DNA from: Propionibacterium ruminifibrarum
GTDB taxonomy: Bacteria; Actinomycetota; Actinomycetes; Propionibacteriales; Propionibacteriaceae
Length of the DNA stretch: 32,000 bases
Assembly: GCF_900289195.1 (NCBI RefSeq)
Contig: NZ_OMOH01000002.1
Coordinates: forward strand, 331,206 to 363,205
Direction: 5' to 3'
Made by a program: the position numbers and the translations under genes. Of the stretch, positions 1-13,909 are shown in pieces; position 1 is the stretch's first letter; every line of letters begins with the position of its first letter. The notes beneath the pieces were generated by a model. That model did no database searches and was not told where the DNA came from. It saw only the letters and a program-made list of their open reading frames with translations.

Positions 1-1088
<1,088 letters not shown>

Positions 1089-1119
1089 AAGCGGCACGGC
1101 TCTCAAGGATCCGGTAGCG

Positions 1120-1154
1120 CACCGGCCCCAGGGGCAACGCCCCTGGGGCCGGTG
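1120..1154 (-). terminator. Terminator-like hairpin downstream of pnp
   Basis: Perfect 15-bp stem CACCGGCCCCAGGGG / CCCCTGGGGCCGGTG with a 5-nt loop CAACG, starting 26 nt after the pnp stop. No U-tract, which is common for high-GC actinobacterial terminators. Confidence 0.6.
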
Positions 1155-1179
1155 GTGACCGAGCGGACCGTGAGGAGGA

Positions 1180-3387
1180 TCAGGCCTCGTCGGCCTCCTC
1201 CTCGAGCACCGGGGTCAGCGAGAGCTTGCCGCGGTCGTCGATGTCGGTGATCTCGACCTGGAGCTTCTGGCCGACCGACAGCACGTCCTCGGCGTCCTCG
1301 ACGCGCTTGCCGCCGTTGAGGGCGCGCAGCTTCGAGATGTGGAGCAGACCGTCCTTGCCGGGCAGCAGGGAGACGAAGGCGCCGAAGCTCGTGAGCTTCA
1401 CGACGGTGCCCAGGTAGCGCTCGCCCATCTCCGGCATCGTCGGGTTGGCGATGGCGTTGATCATCGTGCGCGCGGCCTCGGCGGATTCGCCGTTGTCGGC
1501 ACCGATGTAGATCGTGCCGTCCTCCTCGATGGAGATATTGGCGCCGGTGTCGTCCTGGATCTGGTTGATGACCTTGCCCTTGGGGCCGATGACCTCGCCG
1601 ATCTTGTCGGTGGGGATGTGCACGGTGATGATGCGCGGGGCGAACTCGCTCATCTCGTCGGGCGCGTCGATCGCATCGCTGATGACGCCGAGGATCGTGG
1701 TGCGGGCCTCGCGGGCCTGCAGCAGGGCCTGGGCGAGCACGTCGGCGGGGATGCCGTCGAGCTTGGTGTCGAGCTGCAGGGCGGTGACGAACTCGCTGGT
1801 GCCGGCCACCTTGAAGTCCATGTCGCCGAGGGCGTCCTCGGCGCCGAGGATGTCGGTGAGGGCCAGGTACGTGGTCTCGCCGTCCTCGCCGGTCTCGCTC
1901 ATGAGGCCCATGGCGATGCCCGCCACGGGGGCCCGCAGCGGCACGCCTGCGTTGAGCAGGGACAGCGTCGAGGCGCAGACCGAACCCATCGACGTGGAGC
2001 CGTTGGAGCCGATCGCCTCGGACACCTGGCGGATGGCGTAGGGGAACTCGTCGCGGGTGGGCAGCACCGGGACGATGGCGCGTTCGGCGAGGTGGCCGTG
2101 GCCGACCTCGCGACGCTTCGGCGAACCGATGCGGCCGGTCTCGCCGGTGGAGTACGGCGGCATCTCGTACTGGTGCATGTAACGCTTGGAGCGCACCGAG
2201 CTGAGGGTGTCGAGCTTCTGCTCCATGTCGAGCATGTTCAGCGTCGTGATGCCCAGCACCTGGGTCTCGCCGCGCTGGAACAGGCCCGAGCCGTGGACGC
2301 GCGGGATGACGCCCACCTCGCTGGACAGGGCCCGGATGTCCTTGGGGCCCCGGCCGTCGATGCGGATGCCCTCGGACAGGACACGGCCGCGGACGATCTT
2401 CTTCTGCATGGCCTTGAAGGCGCCGGAGATCTCGCCCTCACGGCCGGCGAAGGCCTCCTCGGCGGCCATGGTGTCCTTGATCTCGTGCTTGAGCTCGGAC
2501 TCGGCGTCCTGGCGCTCCAGCTTGGCGGCGATCTGCTCGATCTCGTCGAGCCTGTCGTAGCCGAGCTCGTTCACGCGCTCCCAGACGTCCTCCTCGTACT
2601 CCTTGAAGACGGGGAAGTCGTAGGTCTCCTTGTTGACCTCGGCGGCCAGCTCGGCCTGGGCGTCGCAGAGGGCCTTGATGAACGGTTTGGCGGCCTCCAG
2701 GCCGGCGCCGACGACCTCCTCGGTGGGGGCGGTGCGGCCCGCCTTCACCAGGTCCCAGGTGGCCTCGGTGGAACCGGCCTCGACCATCATGATGGCGACG
2801 TCGCCGCTGGCCAGGACGCGGCCGGCGACGACCATCGAGAAGGTGGCCTCGTTCTCCTGGTCGACGGTGGGGAAGCACACCCACTGGTCGCCGATGAGGC
2901 TGATGCGCACCCCGCCGATCGGGCCGGAGAAGGGCAGACCGGAGATCTGCGTGGACATGGACGCGGCATTGATGGCCACGACGTCGTACTCGACCTTCGG
3001 GTTGAGGGCGAGGACGGTGATGACGACCTGGACCTCGTTGCGCAGGCCCTTCTTGAAGGCCGGGCGCAGCGGACGGTCGATGAGACGGCAGGCCAGGATG
3101 GCGCCCTCGCTGGGGCGGCCCTCGCGGCGGAAGAACGAACCGGGGATGCGCCCGACCGCGTACATCTTCTCGTCGACGTCGACCGTCAGCGGGAAGAAGT
3201 CGATGGACTCACGCGGGGACTTCTGGGCGGTGGTGGCGCTCAGCAGCATGGTGTCGCCGTCCAGGTAGACGGCGGCGGAGCCGTCGGCCTGCTTGGCCAG
3301 CTTGCCGGTCTCGAAACGGACAACGTGCTTGCCGAACGAGCCGTTGTCGATGACGGCCTCGGCGAACTTGACGTCGGGTCCCTCCAT
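1180..3387 (-). CDS. pnp: Polyribonucleotide nucleotidyltransferase (PNPase)
   Basis: Track ORF 1180..3423. Two RNase PH-like domains, then a KH domain ([18 protein letters not shown]) and a C-terminal S1 domain ([26 protein letters not shown]). I prefer the ATG at 3387 (MEGPDVKF...) because GGAAGGA lies 5 nt upstream. The track start 3423 adds 12 aa with no RBS. Confidence 0.95.
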   Translation of the reverse strand: MEGPDVKFAEAVIDNGSFGKHVVRFETGKLAKQADGSAAVYLDGDTMLLSATTAQKSPRESIDFFPLTVDVDEKMYAVGRIPGSFFRREGRPSEGAILACRLIDRPLRPAFKKGLRNEVQVVITVLALNPKVEYDVVAINAASMSTQISGLPFSGPIGGVRISLIGDQWVCFPTVDQENEATFSMVVAGRVLASGDVAIMMVEAGSTEATWDLVKAGRTAPTEEVVGAGLEAAKPFIKALCDAQAELAAEVNKETYDFPVFKEYEEDVWERVNELGYDRLDEIEQIAAKLERQDAESELKHEIKDTMAAEEAFAGREGEISGAFKAMQKKIVRGRVLSEGIRIDGRGPKDIRALSSEVGVIPRVHGSGLFQRGETQVLGITTLNMLDMEQKLDTLSSVRSKRYMHQYEMPPYSTGETGRIGSPKRREVGHGHLAERAIVPVLPTRDEFPYAIRQVSEAIGSNGSTSMGSVCASTLSLLNAGVPLRAPVAGIAMGLMSETGEDGETTYLALTDILGAEDALGDMDFKVAGTSEFVTALQLDTKLDGIPADVLAQALLQAREARTTILGVISDAIDAPDEMSEFAPRIITVHIPTDKIGEVIGPKGKVINQIQDDTGANISIEEDGTIYIGADNGESAEAARTMINAIANPTMPEMGERYLGTVVKLTSFGAFVSLLPGKDGLLHISKLRALNGGKRVEDAEDVLSVGQKLQVEITDIDDRGKLSLTPVLEEEADEA

Positions 3388-3644
3388 GGGATTCCTTCCA
3401 GTAGGAGAAATCGCCGCAGGCATGGACGCTCGTCAGAACCGGTCTTCGATCGAGGACGCCGGGACGGGGCCCGGGATCCACCACCGAGGACCGAGGCCTG
3501 ATCGTGGCGGCCATGACGGCAGCGTCAATGGGTGCGCATCGGACGCACCGCCCACCAGGGTAACCGACGATGACCGATTCCACCCATTTCCTCCGGGTTT
3601 CCTGCGGCAACCGGCCGAAATCCGGTGTTCCGCGGCGAACAACG

Positions 3645-3676
3645 GCGAACCGCCCGGGAGTTCCCGGGCGGTTCGC
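3645..3676 (-). terminator. rpsO terminator/attenuator hairpin in the rpsO-pnp spacer
   Basis: Perfect 15-bp palindrome GCGAACCGCCCGGGA-GT-TCCCGGGCGGTTCGC, beginning 16 nt after the rpsO stop codon. Confidence 0.6.
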
Positions 3677-3691
3677 GATGAGATCCGACGT

Positions 3692-3955
3692 TCAGCGGCG
3701 CAGGCCGAGGCGCTTGACCAGCTCGCGGTAGTGGTTGATGTCCTCCTTGGCCACGTAGTTGAGCAGCCGGCGGCGCTGACCGACCATGAGCATCAGGCCA
3801 CGGCGGCTGTGGTGATCGCCGCGATGCTCCTTGAGGTGCTCGGTCAGGTGCGAGATCCGCTTGGTCAGCAGGGCGATCTGGACGTCGGGGGAACCCGTGT
3901 CGCCAGGATGCGTCGCGTACTCTTCGATGATCTTCTTCTTCTCTGCGGCGTCCAT
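3692..3955 (-). CDS. rpsO: 30S ribosomal protein S15
   Basis: Only the last 87 aa of track ORF 3692..4732 are real: [87 protein letters not shown], a classic S15. A GGAAAGGGGAG RBS precedes the ATG at 3955. Confidence 0.96.
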   Translation of the reverse strand: MDAAEKKKIIEEYATHPGDTGSPDVQIALLTKRISHLTEHLKEHRGDHHSRRGLMLMVGQRRRLLNYVAKEDINHYRELVKRLGLRR

Positions 3956-4058
3956 GCGTCGCTCCCCTTTCCTGTTCCCGCTGCGCGGCGCCGCCCCACC
4001 CGGTACGTGAGCGGCTCTTGGTGTTCCGCGGCCGATCGACGGCAACTTGGGGAGTTTA

Positions 4059-4988
4059 TCAGGCGGTCGGGGCATTGGACGAATCGGACAGCAGACGTCT
4101 GGTCTGCTCCACGTCGCGCCGCATCTGCGCGACGAGTTCACCGGCCCCGTTGAACCGCAGCTGGCCGCGCAGCTGGGTGACGAACTCGACACGGATCCGC
4201 GCGCCGTACAGCTCGAGGTCGGTGCGGTCGAGCACATAGGACTCGACCCGGCGCTCCACACCGTCGAAGGTCGGGTTCGTCCCGACACTGACGGCCGCCG
4301 GCCAGATCCCGGCGCCGGGTTCGTCCAGGCGGCGCAGCCAGCCGGCGTAGACGCCGTCGCCCGGCGTGGCGAGTTCGGCGGGGACCGGCAGGTTGGCGGT
4401 CGGGAAACCGAGCCTGCGGCCGCGCTGGTCGCCGACGACCACGACGCCGGTGAGACTGAACCAGCGTCCGAGATGCTGCGCGGCGCCCGTGACGTCACCG
4501 TCGGCCAGGGCCGTGCGGATCCGGCTGGACGAGATGTCGACACCTCCGACGCCGACCAGTTCGAGGGCAGAGGTCTCGTACCGTCCCGCCCCGAGCTCGG
4601 CGAGCGTCCGGGGATTGCCGGCGGCGCCCTTGCCGAAGGTGAAGTTCGTCCCGACGATGACGAGCCGTGGATCGAGGGGATCGATGATGCGCCGGACGAA
4701 ACGGGTCGGTGACCAGGCGGCGACCTCGCCATTGAACTGGACGACCCGCACCTGCGTGGCGCCGTAGCGTTTCAGCAGCTCGATGCGGTCATCGAGGGTG
4801 GTGAGCAGGCGCGGCACCCGGTCGGGGGCGAAAACGGTCATCGGGTGGGGCCACAGGGTCACGGCGATGACGGGCAGGGGGGGCGCCCCGCCGAGAGCCG
4901 CGGCCCGCGCGCGAGCGTGCTCGAGCAGCGCCTGGTGACCGCGGTGCACGCCGTCGAAGGTGCCGATGACGACGACCGATCCAGCCAT
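4059..4988 (-). CDS. ribF: Bifunctional riboflavin kinase / FMN adenylyltransferase
   Basis: Track ORF 4059..5234. The true start is the ATG at 4988 ([25 protein letters not shown], the FAD synthetase nucleotidyltransferase motif), preceded by GGAAAGG. The C-terminal riboflavin kinase part contains GFPTANL and PTFDG. Confidence 0.92.
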   Translation of the reverse strand: MAGSVVVIGTFDGVHRGHQALLEHARARAAALGGAPPLPVIAVTLWPHPMTVFAPDRVPRLLTTLDDRIELLKRYGATQVRVVQFNGEVAAWSPTRFVRRIIDPLDPRLVIVGTNFTFGKGAAGNPRTLAELGAGRYETSALELVGVGGVDISSSRIRTALADGDVTGAAQHLGRWFSLTGVVVVGDQRGRRLGFPTANLPVPAELATPGDGVYAGWLRRLDEPGAGIWPAAVSVGTNPTFDGVERRVESYVLDRTDLELYGARIRVEFVTQLRGQLRFNGAGELVAQMRRDVEQTRRLLSDSSNAPTA

Positions 4989-5201
4989 GCCGTGCCTTTC
5001 CGTTTGGTGTGGTGGAGGGCGAGCGGGATCCGCTGCGCCGGGGTCGGGCCGGCCACGCCCGGCGAGGGCCGGACCGAGTCTAGTACGGCTCCCCCGCCCT
5101 CGCCGGACCCTCCAGGCACTCCGGGCGACCAGCGGGCCCTCCGGCGGGACCCGGCGGCGTGCCGGTGGGCGCCGCCCGAGACGGACGAGGGGCCCGGACA
5201 C

Positions 5202-5235
5202 GGTGCAGGCCCCGGGAAGTCCCGGGGCCTGCACC
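5202..5235 (-). terminator. Terminator-like hairpin downstream of glpK
   Basis: Perfect 16-bp stem GGTGCAGGCCCCGGGA-AG-TCCCGGGGCCTGCACC, 17 nt after the glpK stop. No U-tract. Confidence 0.6.
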
Positions 5236-5251
5236 CATGGGTTTCACACGG

Positions 5252-6778
5252 TCACTCGACGACGTCCTCGTCGACCCAGTCCAGGGTGCGCTGGACGGCC
5301 TTCTTCCAGTTGCGGTAGAGCCGGTCGCGCTCGGCCGGATCGGCCTTCGGCTCCCACCGGGTGTCCTCGGCCCAGTTGTCGATGACGTCCTGCTCGCCGC
5401 CCCAGTAGCCCACCGCGATACCGGCCGCGTAGGCGGCCCCGAGGGCCGTGGTCTCGGCCACGACCGGGCGGATGACCGGAACATCGAGCTGGTCCGCCTG
5501 GAACTGCATGAGCAGCTGGTTGGCGGTCATGCCGCCGTCCACCTTGAGCTCGGTCAGGGGGACGCCGGAGTCGGCGTTCATGGCGTCCAGCACCTCGCGG
5601 GTCTGGTAGGCCGTCGACTCGAGCACTGCGCGGGCGATGTGGCCGCGGTTGACGTAGCGGGTCAGGCCGACGAGCGCACCACGGGCGTCCGGACGCCAGT
5701 ACGGCGCGAACAGGCCGGAGAAGGCCGGCACGAAGTAGGCGCCGCCGTTGTCCTCCACCGACGCGGCCAGGGCCTCGGAGGCCGGGGCGCTCTCAACCAT
5801 CTTCAGGTTGTCGCGCAGCCACTGCACGAGCGAACCGGCCACGGCGATGGAGCCCTCGAGGGCGTACACGGCGGGCTGGTCGCCGATCTTGTAGCACACG
5901 GTGGTGAGCAGGCCGTTCTTGCTGAAGACGGGCGTGGTGCCCGTGTTCTGCAGCATGAAGCAGCCGGTGCCGTAGGTGTTCTTGGCCATACCGGGCTCGA
6001 AACAGGCCTGACCGAAGGTGGCGGCCTGCTGGTCACCCAGGATGCCGGCGATCGGCGTGTCGACGAGCAGACCGTTCTTGCGGCCGTAACCGTAGATCTC
6101 CGAACTCGACTTGATCTGCGGCAGCATCGAGGCCGGGATGCCGAGGGCGTCGATCATGCGCTCGTCCCACTGCAGGGTCTCGATGTTCATGAGCATCGTG
6201 CGGGAGGCATTCGTCACGTCGGTGACGTGCACGCCGCCGGCGAGACCACCGGTGAGGTTCCACAGGACCCAGGTGTCCATGGTGCCCATGAGAAGCTTGC
6301 CGGCCTCCGCCCTGGCCCGGGCGCCCTCGACGTTGTCGAGGATCCACCGGACCTTGGGGCCCGCGAAGTAGGTGTTGAGCGGCAGACCGCAGATGTCCTT
6401 GAACCGGTCGGGACCCTCGTCGCCGCCGAGTTCCTCGCAGATCTTCTGCGTCCGGGTGTCCTGCCAGACGATGGCGTTGTAGACGGGCTCCCCGGTCTCG
6501 CGGTCCCACACGACGGTGGTCTCGCGCTGGTTCGTGATGCCGACCGCGGCGAGCTGGTGACGGTTGATCTCGGCCACCGACAGGGCCTGGGCGACGACCG
6601 CGCGAACAGCCTCCCAGATCTCGATCGGGTCGTGCTCGACCCAGCCGGCGCGCGGGAAGATCTGTTCGAACTCCTGCTGGCCGGTGGCAACGATGCGTCC
6701 GGCGTGGTCGAAGATGATGGCCCGCGCCGACGTGGTGCCCTCATCAATGGCCAGGATGTACTTCTCTGCTTCAGCCAT
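5252..6778 (-). CDS. glpK: Glycerol kinase
   Basis: 508 aa. [30 protein letters not shown]...[11 protein letters not shown]...[12 protein letters not shown]... are FGGY carbohydrate kinase / GlpK hallmarks. An AAAGGAG RBS lies 7 nt upstream. Confidence 0.96.
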   Translation of the reverse strand: MAEAEKYILAIDEGTTSARAIIFDHAGRIVATGQQEFEQIFPRAGWVEHDPIEIWEAVRAVVAQALSVAEINRHQLAAVGITNQRETTVVWDRETGEPVYNAIVWQDTRTQKICEELGGDEGPDRFKDICGLPLNTYFAGPKVRWILDNVEGARARAEAGKLLMGTMDTWVLWNLTGGLAGGVHVTDVTNASRTMLMNIETLQWDERMIDALGIPASMLPQIKSSSEIYGYGRKNGLLVDTPIAGILGDQQAATFGQACFEPGMAKNTYGTGCFMLQNTGTTPVFSKNGLLTTVCYKIGDQPAVYALEGSIAVAGSLVQWLRDNLKMVESAPASEALAASVEDNGGAYFVPAFSGLFAPYWRPDARGALVGLTRYVNRGHIARAVLESTAYQTREVLDAMNADSGVPLTELKVDGGMTANQLLMQFQADQLDVPVIRPVVAETTALGAAYAAGIAVGYWGGEQDVIDNWAEDTRWEPKADPAERDRLYRNWKKAVQRTLDWVDEDVVE

Positions 6779-6838
6779 GGGACTGCTCCTTTCAGCTGTG
6801 GCGCGCTCGCCTGTGAGCGCACCCGATCAGATAAGCGA

Positions 6839-6874
6839 AGTGCCCGCCGCAGGCACGTGCTTGCGGCGGGCACT
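6839..6874 (-). other. Intercistronic stem-loop between glpF and glpK
   Basis: 13-bp perfect stem AGTGCCCGCCGCA / TGCGGCGGGCACT with a 10-nt loop. A second 9-bp stem with one mismatch lies at 6800-6823 (GGCGCGCTC / GAGCGCACC). Both are inside the 103-nt glpF-glpK spacer. Confidence 0.45.
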
Positions 6875-6881
6875 CAACGGA

Positions 6882-7664
6882 TCACCAGAAGATCTGGTAG
6901 GTGAGACCGGCGAGGAGACCGCCGATGATCGGGCCGACGACCGGGACCCAGGCGTACGCCCAGTCGGAGCCGCCCTTGCCCTTGATGGGCACGACCGCGT
7001 GGGCGAGCCGGGGCATGAGGTCACGGGCCGGGTTCAGGGCGTAGCCGGTGGGCCCGCCCAGGCCGTTGCCGATGCCCACGATGACGAGCATGACACCCAG
7101 CGGTCCGATGACCGAGCCGGAGATCTGCTCGATGCCGTCCGCCATGGTGATGGACGCCACGTTCGTGTAGCCCGAGATGATGACCCAGATGACCAGGACG
7201 TAGGTGGCGACGGCCTCGACCAGGCAGTTCCATCCGTAACTGCGGATCCGCGGGGCCGTGCAGAAGGTGCCCAGTTTGACGGCGGGCTCGGCGTCCTCGT
7301 CGTAGTGCTTCTTGTAGACCAGCCAGGCGAAGACGGCGCCGACGAAACCGCCGCAGAGCTGGGCGATGATGTAGAGCGCGATGTTGGCGCCGGTCGCCGG
7401 GATGCCCGGCGCGAGGTCGTTGCCGGAGGCGGCGAGGCCGAGCGTGACGGCGGGGTTCAGGTGACCGCCGGTCTGGTAGGCGCCGTAGACGCCGACCATG
7501 ACCGCGATACCCCAGCCCCAGTTGATGAACTGCGGCCCGCCGCCGTGCCCACCGGTCTTGGGAAGGCTGTGGTTCGCGACAACACCCACGCCAAGCAGCA
7601 TGAGCAGTGCGGTACCGAAGAACTCGGAGCCGAAGATGGCCGCCGAGGAGACAAGAGGAATCAT
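6882..7664 (-). CDS. glpF: Glycerol uptake facilitator (aquaglyceroporin, MIP family)
   Basis: Track ORF 6882..7739. I start at the ATG at 7664 (MIPLVSSAAIFGSEFFGTALL...) because AAGGGAG lies upstream. Two NPA boxes are present (GGHLNPAVTLG and YALNPARDL). Confidence 0.92.
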   Translation of the reverse strand: MIPLVSSAAIFGSEFFGTALLMLLGVGVVANHSLPKTGGHGGGPQFINWGWGIAVMVGVYGAYQTGGHLNPAVTLGLAASGNDLAPGIPATGANIALYIIAQLCGGFVGAVFAWLVYKKHYDEDAEPAVKLGTFCTAPRIRSYGWNCLVEAVATYVLVIWVIISGYTNVASITMADGIEQISGSVIGPLGVMLVIVGIGNGLGGPTGYALNPARDLMPRLAHAVVPIKGKGGSDWAYAWVPVVGPIIGGLLAGLTYQIFW

Positions 7665-8219
7665 GAAGTACTCCCTTGTGTCGGGTTGAACATGTGCCTG
7701 ACGACGTGTGGTCGACAGTTGGCCGACCCGGTCATGCACCCCGTCAGGGCCTCTCGCACACGCGGGCCGGACCGCCTCCCGGGGTCGTGCCCCGAGGGAG
7801 CCTGGAACAAACTTTCATCCCACCGGGGGTCCGATTCCAGCTCAGCAGGGCGTTTCGCTTGAAAATTGCAATATGTGCACTGGATTTTGCAAGGGCTTGC
7901 ACTTCTTCCCAGCCGCGGTGCACGAAGACCCACGGAGGGTTCTCAGGGCTCCGGCGGTGACCTTCCACACCCCACCGGGAACAGCCGCCCAGGCTCCCGG
8001 GCATTCACGCGACGGCCCCGGGACCGGACGTCGCGATGCACTCGTGAACACGGCCTTGCACCACCACGTGAGGGGTTATCGTGGAAGCCACAGGAACAAA
8101 ACGGACCAATTCGGACCGAATCGGCAGGCAGGCCCGGCGACGTCGTCCGGGAGGCCCGCCCGGCGGCCCGGTGGACGAGGGGTTCGGCGAGCAGGGTGAG
8201 TTCGGAGGTAGAGCCAACG

Positions 8220-8729
8220 ATGACCGATCCGACCAGGGATGAGGTCGACGAGATCCTCGCGCGCTGGGACCACTCGCGCGAGCACATCCTGTCCATCCTC
8301 CAGGACATCCAGCACGTCAGCCCGGAGCACTACGTCAGCCGGTCGGCCGCAGCCCAGGTGGCCGAGGACCTGGGCATGACGGTCACGGCGATGTACGAGA
8401 TCGTGACCTTCTACCACATGCTCCACGCGACACCGCACGGCCGGCACAGCGTCGAGATCTGCGAGAGCACACCCTGCTACTTCCAGGGCGGCGACGCCCT
8501 GCAGAGCACGGCCGCCGAACGGCTGGGCATCGCCATGGACGAGGTGACCGAGGACGGTGCCCTGTGCGTCGAGACCGTCCCCTGCTTCGGCCGCTGCGCG
8601 ACCGCGCCGAACGTCAGGATCGACGGCGCGGTGCACCACCGGGTCTCCCCCGCCGTGCTCCGCGACCTCATCGACCGGCTGGTCGCCGGCGACCGCGCAG
8701 ATCAGGAACAGGTGAGCCAGCATGTATGA
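8220..8729 (+). CDS. fdsG: NuoE-like [2Fe-2S] thioredoxin-fold subunit (formate dehydrogenase gamma subunit)
   Basis: C-terminal 169 aa of track ORF 7866..8729, from ATG 8220 (GGAGG at 8204-8208). Cys pattern CESTPC...VPCFGRC matches the NuoE/HoxE/FdsG 2Fe-2S motif C-x4-C...C-x3-C. It overlaps the next gene by 8 nt. Confidence 0.8.
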   Translation: MTDPTRDEVDEILARWDHSREHILSILQDIQHVSPEHYVSRSAAAQVAEDLGMTVTAMYEIVTFYHMLHATPHGRHSVEICESTPCYFQGGDALQSTAAERLGIAMDEVTEDGALCVETVPCFGRCATAPNVRIDGAVHHRVSPAVLRDLIDRLVAGDRADQEQVSQHV

Positions 8730-9982
8730 CCGTCTCCTCGAGCACGTCGGCGACGACGCGGACCAGAAGCAGCTGTCGGTCTACCTGTCCCAGGGCGGCT
8801 ACGAGGGCCTGCGCAGGGCCGTGGAGGTGGGCCCCGACGCGGTGATCGAGGAGATCTCCACCGGTCTCGTACGGGGCCGGGGCGGCGCCGCCTATCCCAC
8901 GGGCAGGAAGTGGGGCCAGCTGGCGCGCATCGAGGGCGACCCCAAGTACATCGTCTGCAACGCCGACGAGGGCGAGCCGGGCACCTTCAAGGACCAGGTC
9001 CTGCTGGAGAAGAACCCCTACGCGGTCATCGAGGGCATGACGATCGCCGGCCGCGTCTTCGGCTCCCCGAAGGGCATCATCTACGTACGCGGGGAGTACC
9101 CCGAGGAATTCGGCATCCTCCGCTCATGCCTCCAACAGGCCCGCGAGGCCGGCCTGCTCGGCCACGACATCCTCGGCATCGAGGGCTTCGACTACGACAT
9201 CGACACGGTCGCCGGCGGCGGAGCCTACGTGTGCGGTGAGAACTCGGCCATGCTCAACTCCATCGAGGGCAAGCCGGGCCGGCCGCGCATCAAGCCCCCT
9301 CACCTGGCGGAGGTCGGCCTGTACGGCAGGCCGACGCTGGTCAACAACGTCGAGAGCTACGCCGCCGTGACACTCGTCGTGGCCAACGGCGGGGAGTACT
9401 ACCGGAGCCAGGGGTCGGCCAACGGCGGAGGCACCAAGCTCATCTCCATCTGCGGGCACGTCGCGCACCCGGGCGTCTTCGAGGTGCCCTTCGGCCGGTA
9501 CACGCTGCGCGAGCTCATCTGGTCGCCCGAGTTCGGTGGCGGCGTCATCGGCGGCGACTTCGGCTTCGTCCACTGCGGGGGCCATTCCGGGCCGATCGGC
9601 TTCGAGAACATCCTGGACGCGCCCTACGACTACGACGACGCATGGTCCGGCGGCAAGGCGATCGGTTCGGGGGCGATCGTCGTCATGAACGACACGGTCG
9701 ACATCGTCGACTACCTGCGCCAGGTGATGGTCTTCTTCCGCAAGGAGTCCTGCGGCAAGTGCACGCCCTGCCGGCTCGGCACGACCCGTGTCTGGGAGGT
9801 GCTCGACCGGCTCGCCTCCGGCCGCGGCGAACCCGACGACATCCAGCGGCTGCGCACGACCACCGAGCAGGTCCACAAGCTCTCGGCCTGCGGGCTGGGC
9901 CAGTGCATCGACGTCCCGATCCTCAGCGCCCTGGATGGCGCCGGACCCGCCTTCGAGGCGGCACTCGTGAAGGAGCCGACCC

Positions 9983-9990
<8 letters not shown>
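8722..9990 (+). CDS. fdsB: NuoF-like NAD(H)/FMN-binding [4Fe-4S] subunit (formate dehydrogenase beta subunit)
   Basis: 422 aa. GRGGAAYPTGRKW (FMN site), NADEGEPGTFKD (NADH site), ESCGKCTPCRLG...C (4Fe-4S). It overlaps the next gene by 8 nt. Confidence 0.87.
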
Positions 9991-12811
<2,821 letters not shown>

Positions 12812-12824
12812 AGGACCGGAGCCC

Positions 12825-13679
12825 ATGGGCAGGGTCACGACGCGGCACCGTGTCGTCCGGATCGACGCGCACCATCCCGCAGGCATCACCGCCGTCGACA
12901 CGCTCGCCGTCGAGGAACCCCTCGAGATCCGTCTCGGGGAGGCGAGCTACGCCACGACGATGCGCACGCCGGGCCACGACATCGAGCTGGTGCACGGCTT
13001 CCTCGCCAGTGAGGGCATCATCGCCGGCCCGGCGGACGTCGTCGGCGCTCGCTACTGCACCGGCACCGTCACCGACGAGGAGACCGGTCGGCCACGCAAC
13101 ACCTACAACGTCCTACAGGTCCGGCTCACCGACTCGGTCCCACCACCGCGGACCGGCCGCGCAACCGTGGTCTCCTCGGCCTGCGGCATCTGCGGCACCG
13201 ACACGGTGGAGGCCCTCACCCGGGACGCCCGCTTCGACCTGGACGCCGACCACACCCGGGTGGCGGCGAACACGCTTCTCGGCCTGCCCGACAGGCTCCG
13301 CGACGCCCAACGGACCTTCTCGGCAACCGGTGCGACGCATGCCGCCGCGTTGTTCACCGACGACGGGTCGCTGCTGGTGGCGCGAGAGGACGTAGGCCGG
13401 CACAACGCCGTCGACAAGGTGGTCGGCTGGGCGATGCTCAACGGGCGGCGGCCCGGTGGCGGCTGCGTGCTCATGGTCTCGGGGCGCATCGGCTTCGAGT
13501 TGGCGCAGAAATCCGTCCTGGCCGGCATCCCCGTGCTCGCCGGCATCTCGGCGCCCACGGCCCTGGCGGTACGGATCGCCGAGGAGACCGGCCTGACCCT
13601 GGCCGGCTTCGTCAGGGGCGATCGGATGAGCCTCTACGCGAACCCCGAACGAGTGCGCGGGACAGACACCGCCGAGTGA
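12825..13679 (+). CDS. fdhD: Formate dehydrogenase accessory sulfurtransferase FdhD (FdsC equivalent)
   Basis: C-terminal 284 aa of track ORF 12675..13679, from ATG 12825 (GAGGA upstream). TPGHDIELVHGFLASEGII, SSACGICGT and GRHNAVDKVVGWA are FdhD hallmarks. Confidence 0.9.
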   Translation: MGRVTTRHRVVRIDAHHPAGITAVDTLAVEEPLEIRLGEASYATTMRTPGHDIELVHGFLASEGIIAGPADVVGARYCTGTVTDEETGRPRNTYNVLQVRLTDSVPPPRTGRATVVSSACGICGTDTVEALTRDARFDLDADHTRVAANTLLGLPDRLRDAQRTFSATGATHAAALFTDDGSLLVAREDVGRHNAVDKVVGWAMLNGRRPGGGCVLMVSGRIGFELAQKSVLAGIPVLAGISAPTALAVRIAEETGLTLAGFVRGDRMSLYANPERVRGTDTAE

Positions 13680-13909
13680 CCCCGACCCCGGACCCTCCGT
13701 CCCGCCCAGCGCCCGGGAGACGCACTCCCCCACCGGCGCCCCCGCTCACAGCGAACACGACAGCGTGCCTGATCCGACCCTGATCTCTGGCCAGGGCACG
13801 ACCACGGTCCTACGATGAGCACCGGAGGATCGGTCCCAGGTGCCATGTGCATCACGATCTGGTCACCTCCTGGTATGACAACGATGACGAGAGCCAGGTG
13901 ACTCAATTC

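Noticed and set aside
1339-3501. 720-aa plus-strand ORF antisense to pnp. Similar long antisense ORFs: 5159..6904, 11033..12901, 9124..10377, 13925..14767, 14903..15922, 19089..20720, 22650..23807, 26953..28134, 28648..30099.
   Set aside because: These are typical high-GC shadow ORFs. They are G/A/R/D/L/V-rich low-complexity translations with no recognisable motifs. Each lies fully inside a gene on the other strand that has unmistakable family signatures.
3692-4732. 346-aa minus-strand ORF
   Set aside because: Only the last 87 codons (3692-3955) encode S15, with a good RBS at the internal ATG. The upstream part is an open frame running through ribF in a different frame and is P/S/R-rich nonsense.
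5059-5106. 11-bp inverted repeat CCGGCGAGGGC / GCCCTCGCCGG with a 26-nt loop, upstream of ribF
   Set aside because: An isolated GC-rich complementarity in 70% GC DNA. It has no associated promoter or terminator features that I can support and no second copy, so it is noted but not called.
7866-8219. N-terminal 118-aa extension of the fdsG track ORF. The same kind of 5' extension occurs on track ORFs 4059..5234, 6882..7739, 12675..13679, 18220..18729, 21747..22232 and 16210..16536.
   Set aside because: The extensions are low-complexity, overlap neighbouring genes or intergenic regulatory DNA, and lack an RBS. Internal starts with Shine-Dalgarno sites give proteins of the expected family length.
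7940-8219. Possible molybdenum-cofactor riboswitch in the long fdsG leader
   Set aside because: I cannot recognise the Moco motif consensus by eye in this sequence. It needs a covariance-model search, so I made no claim.
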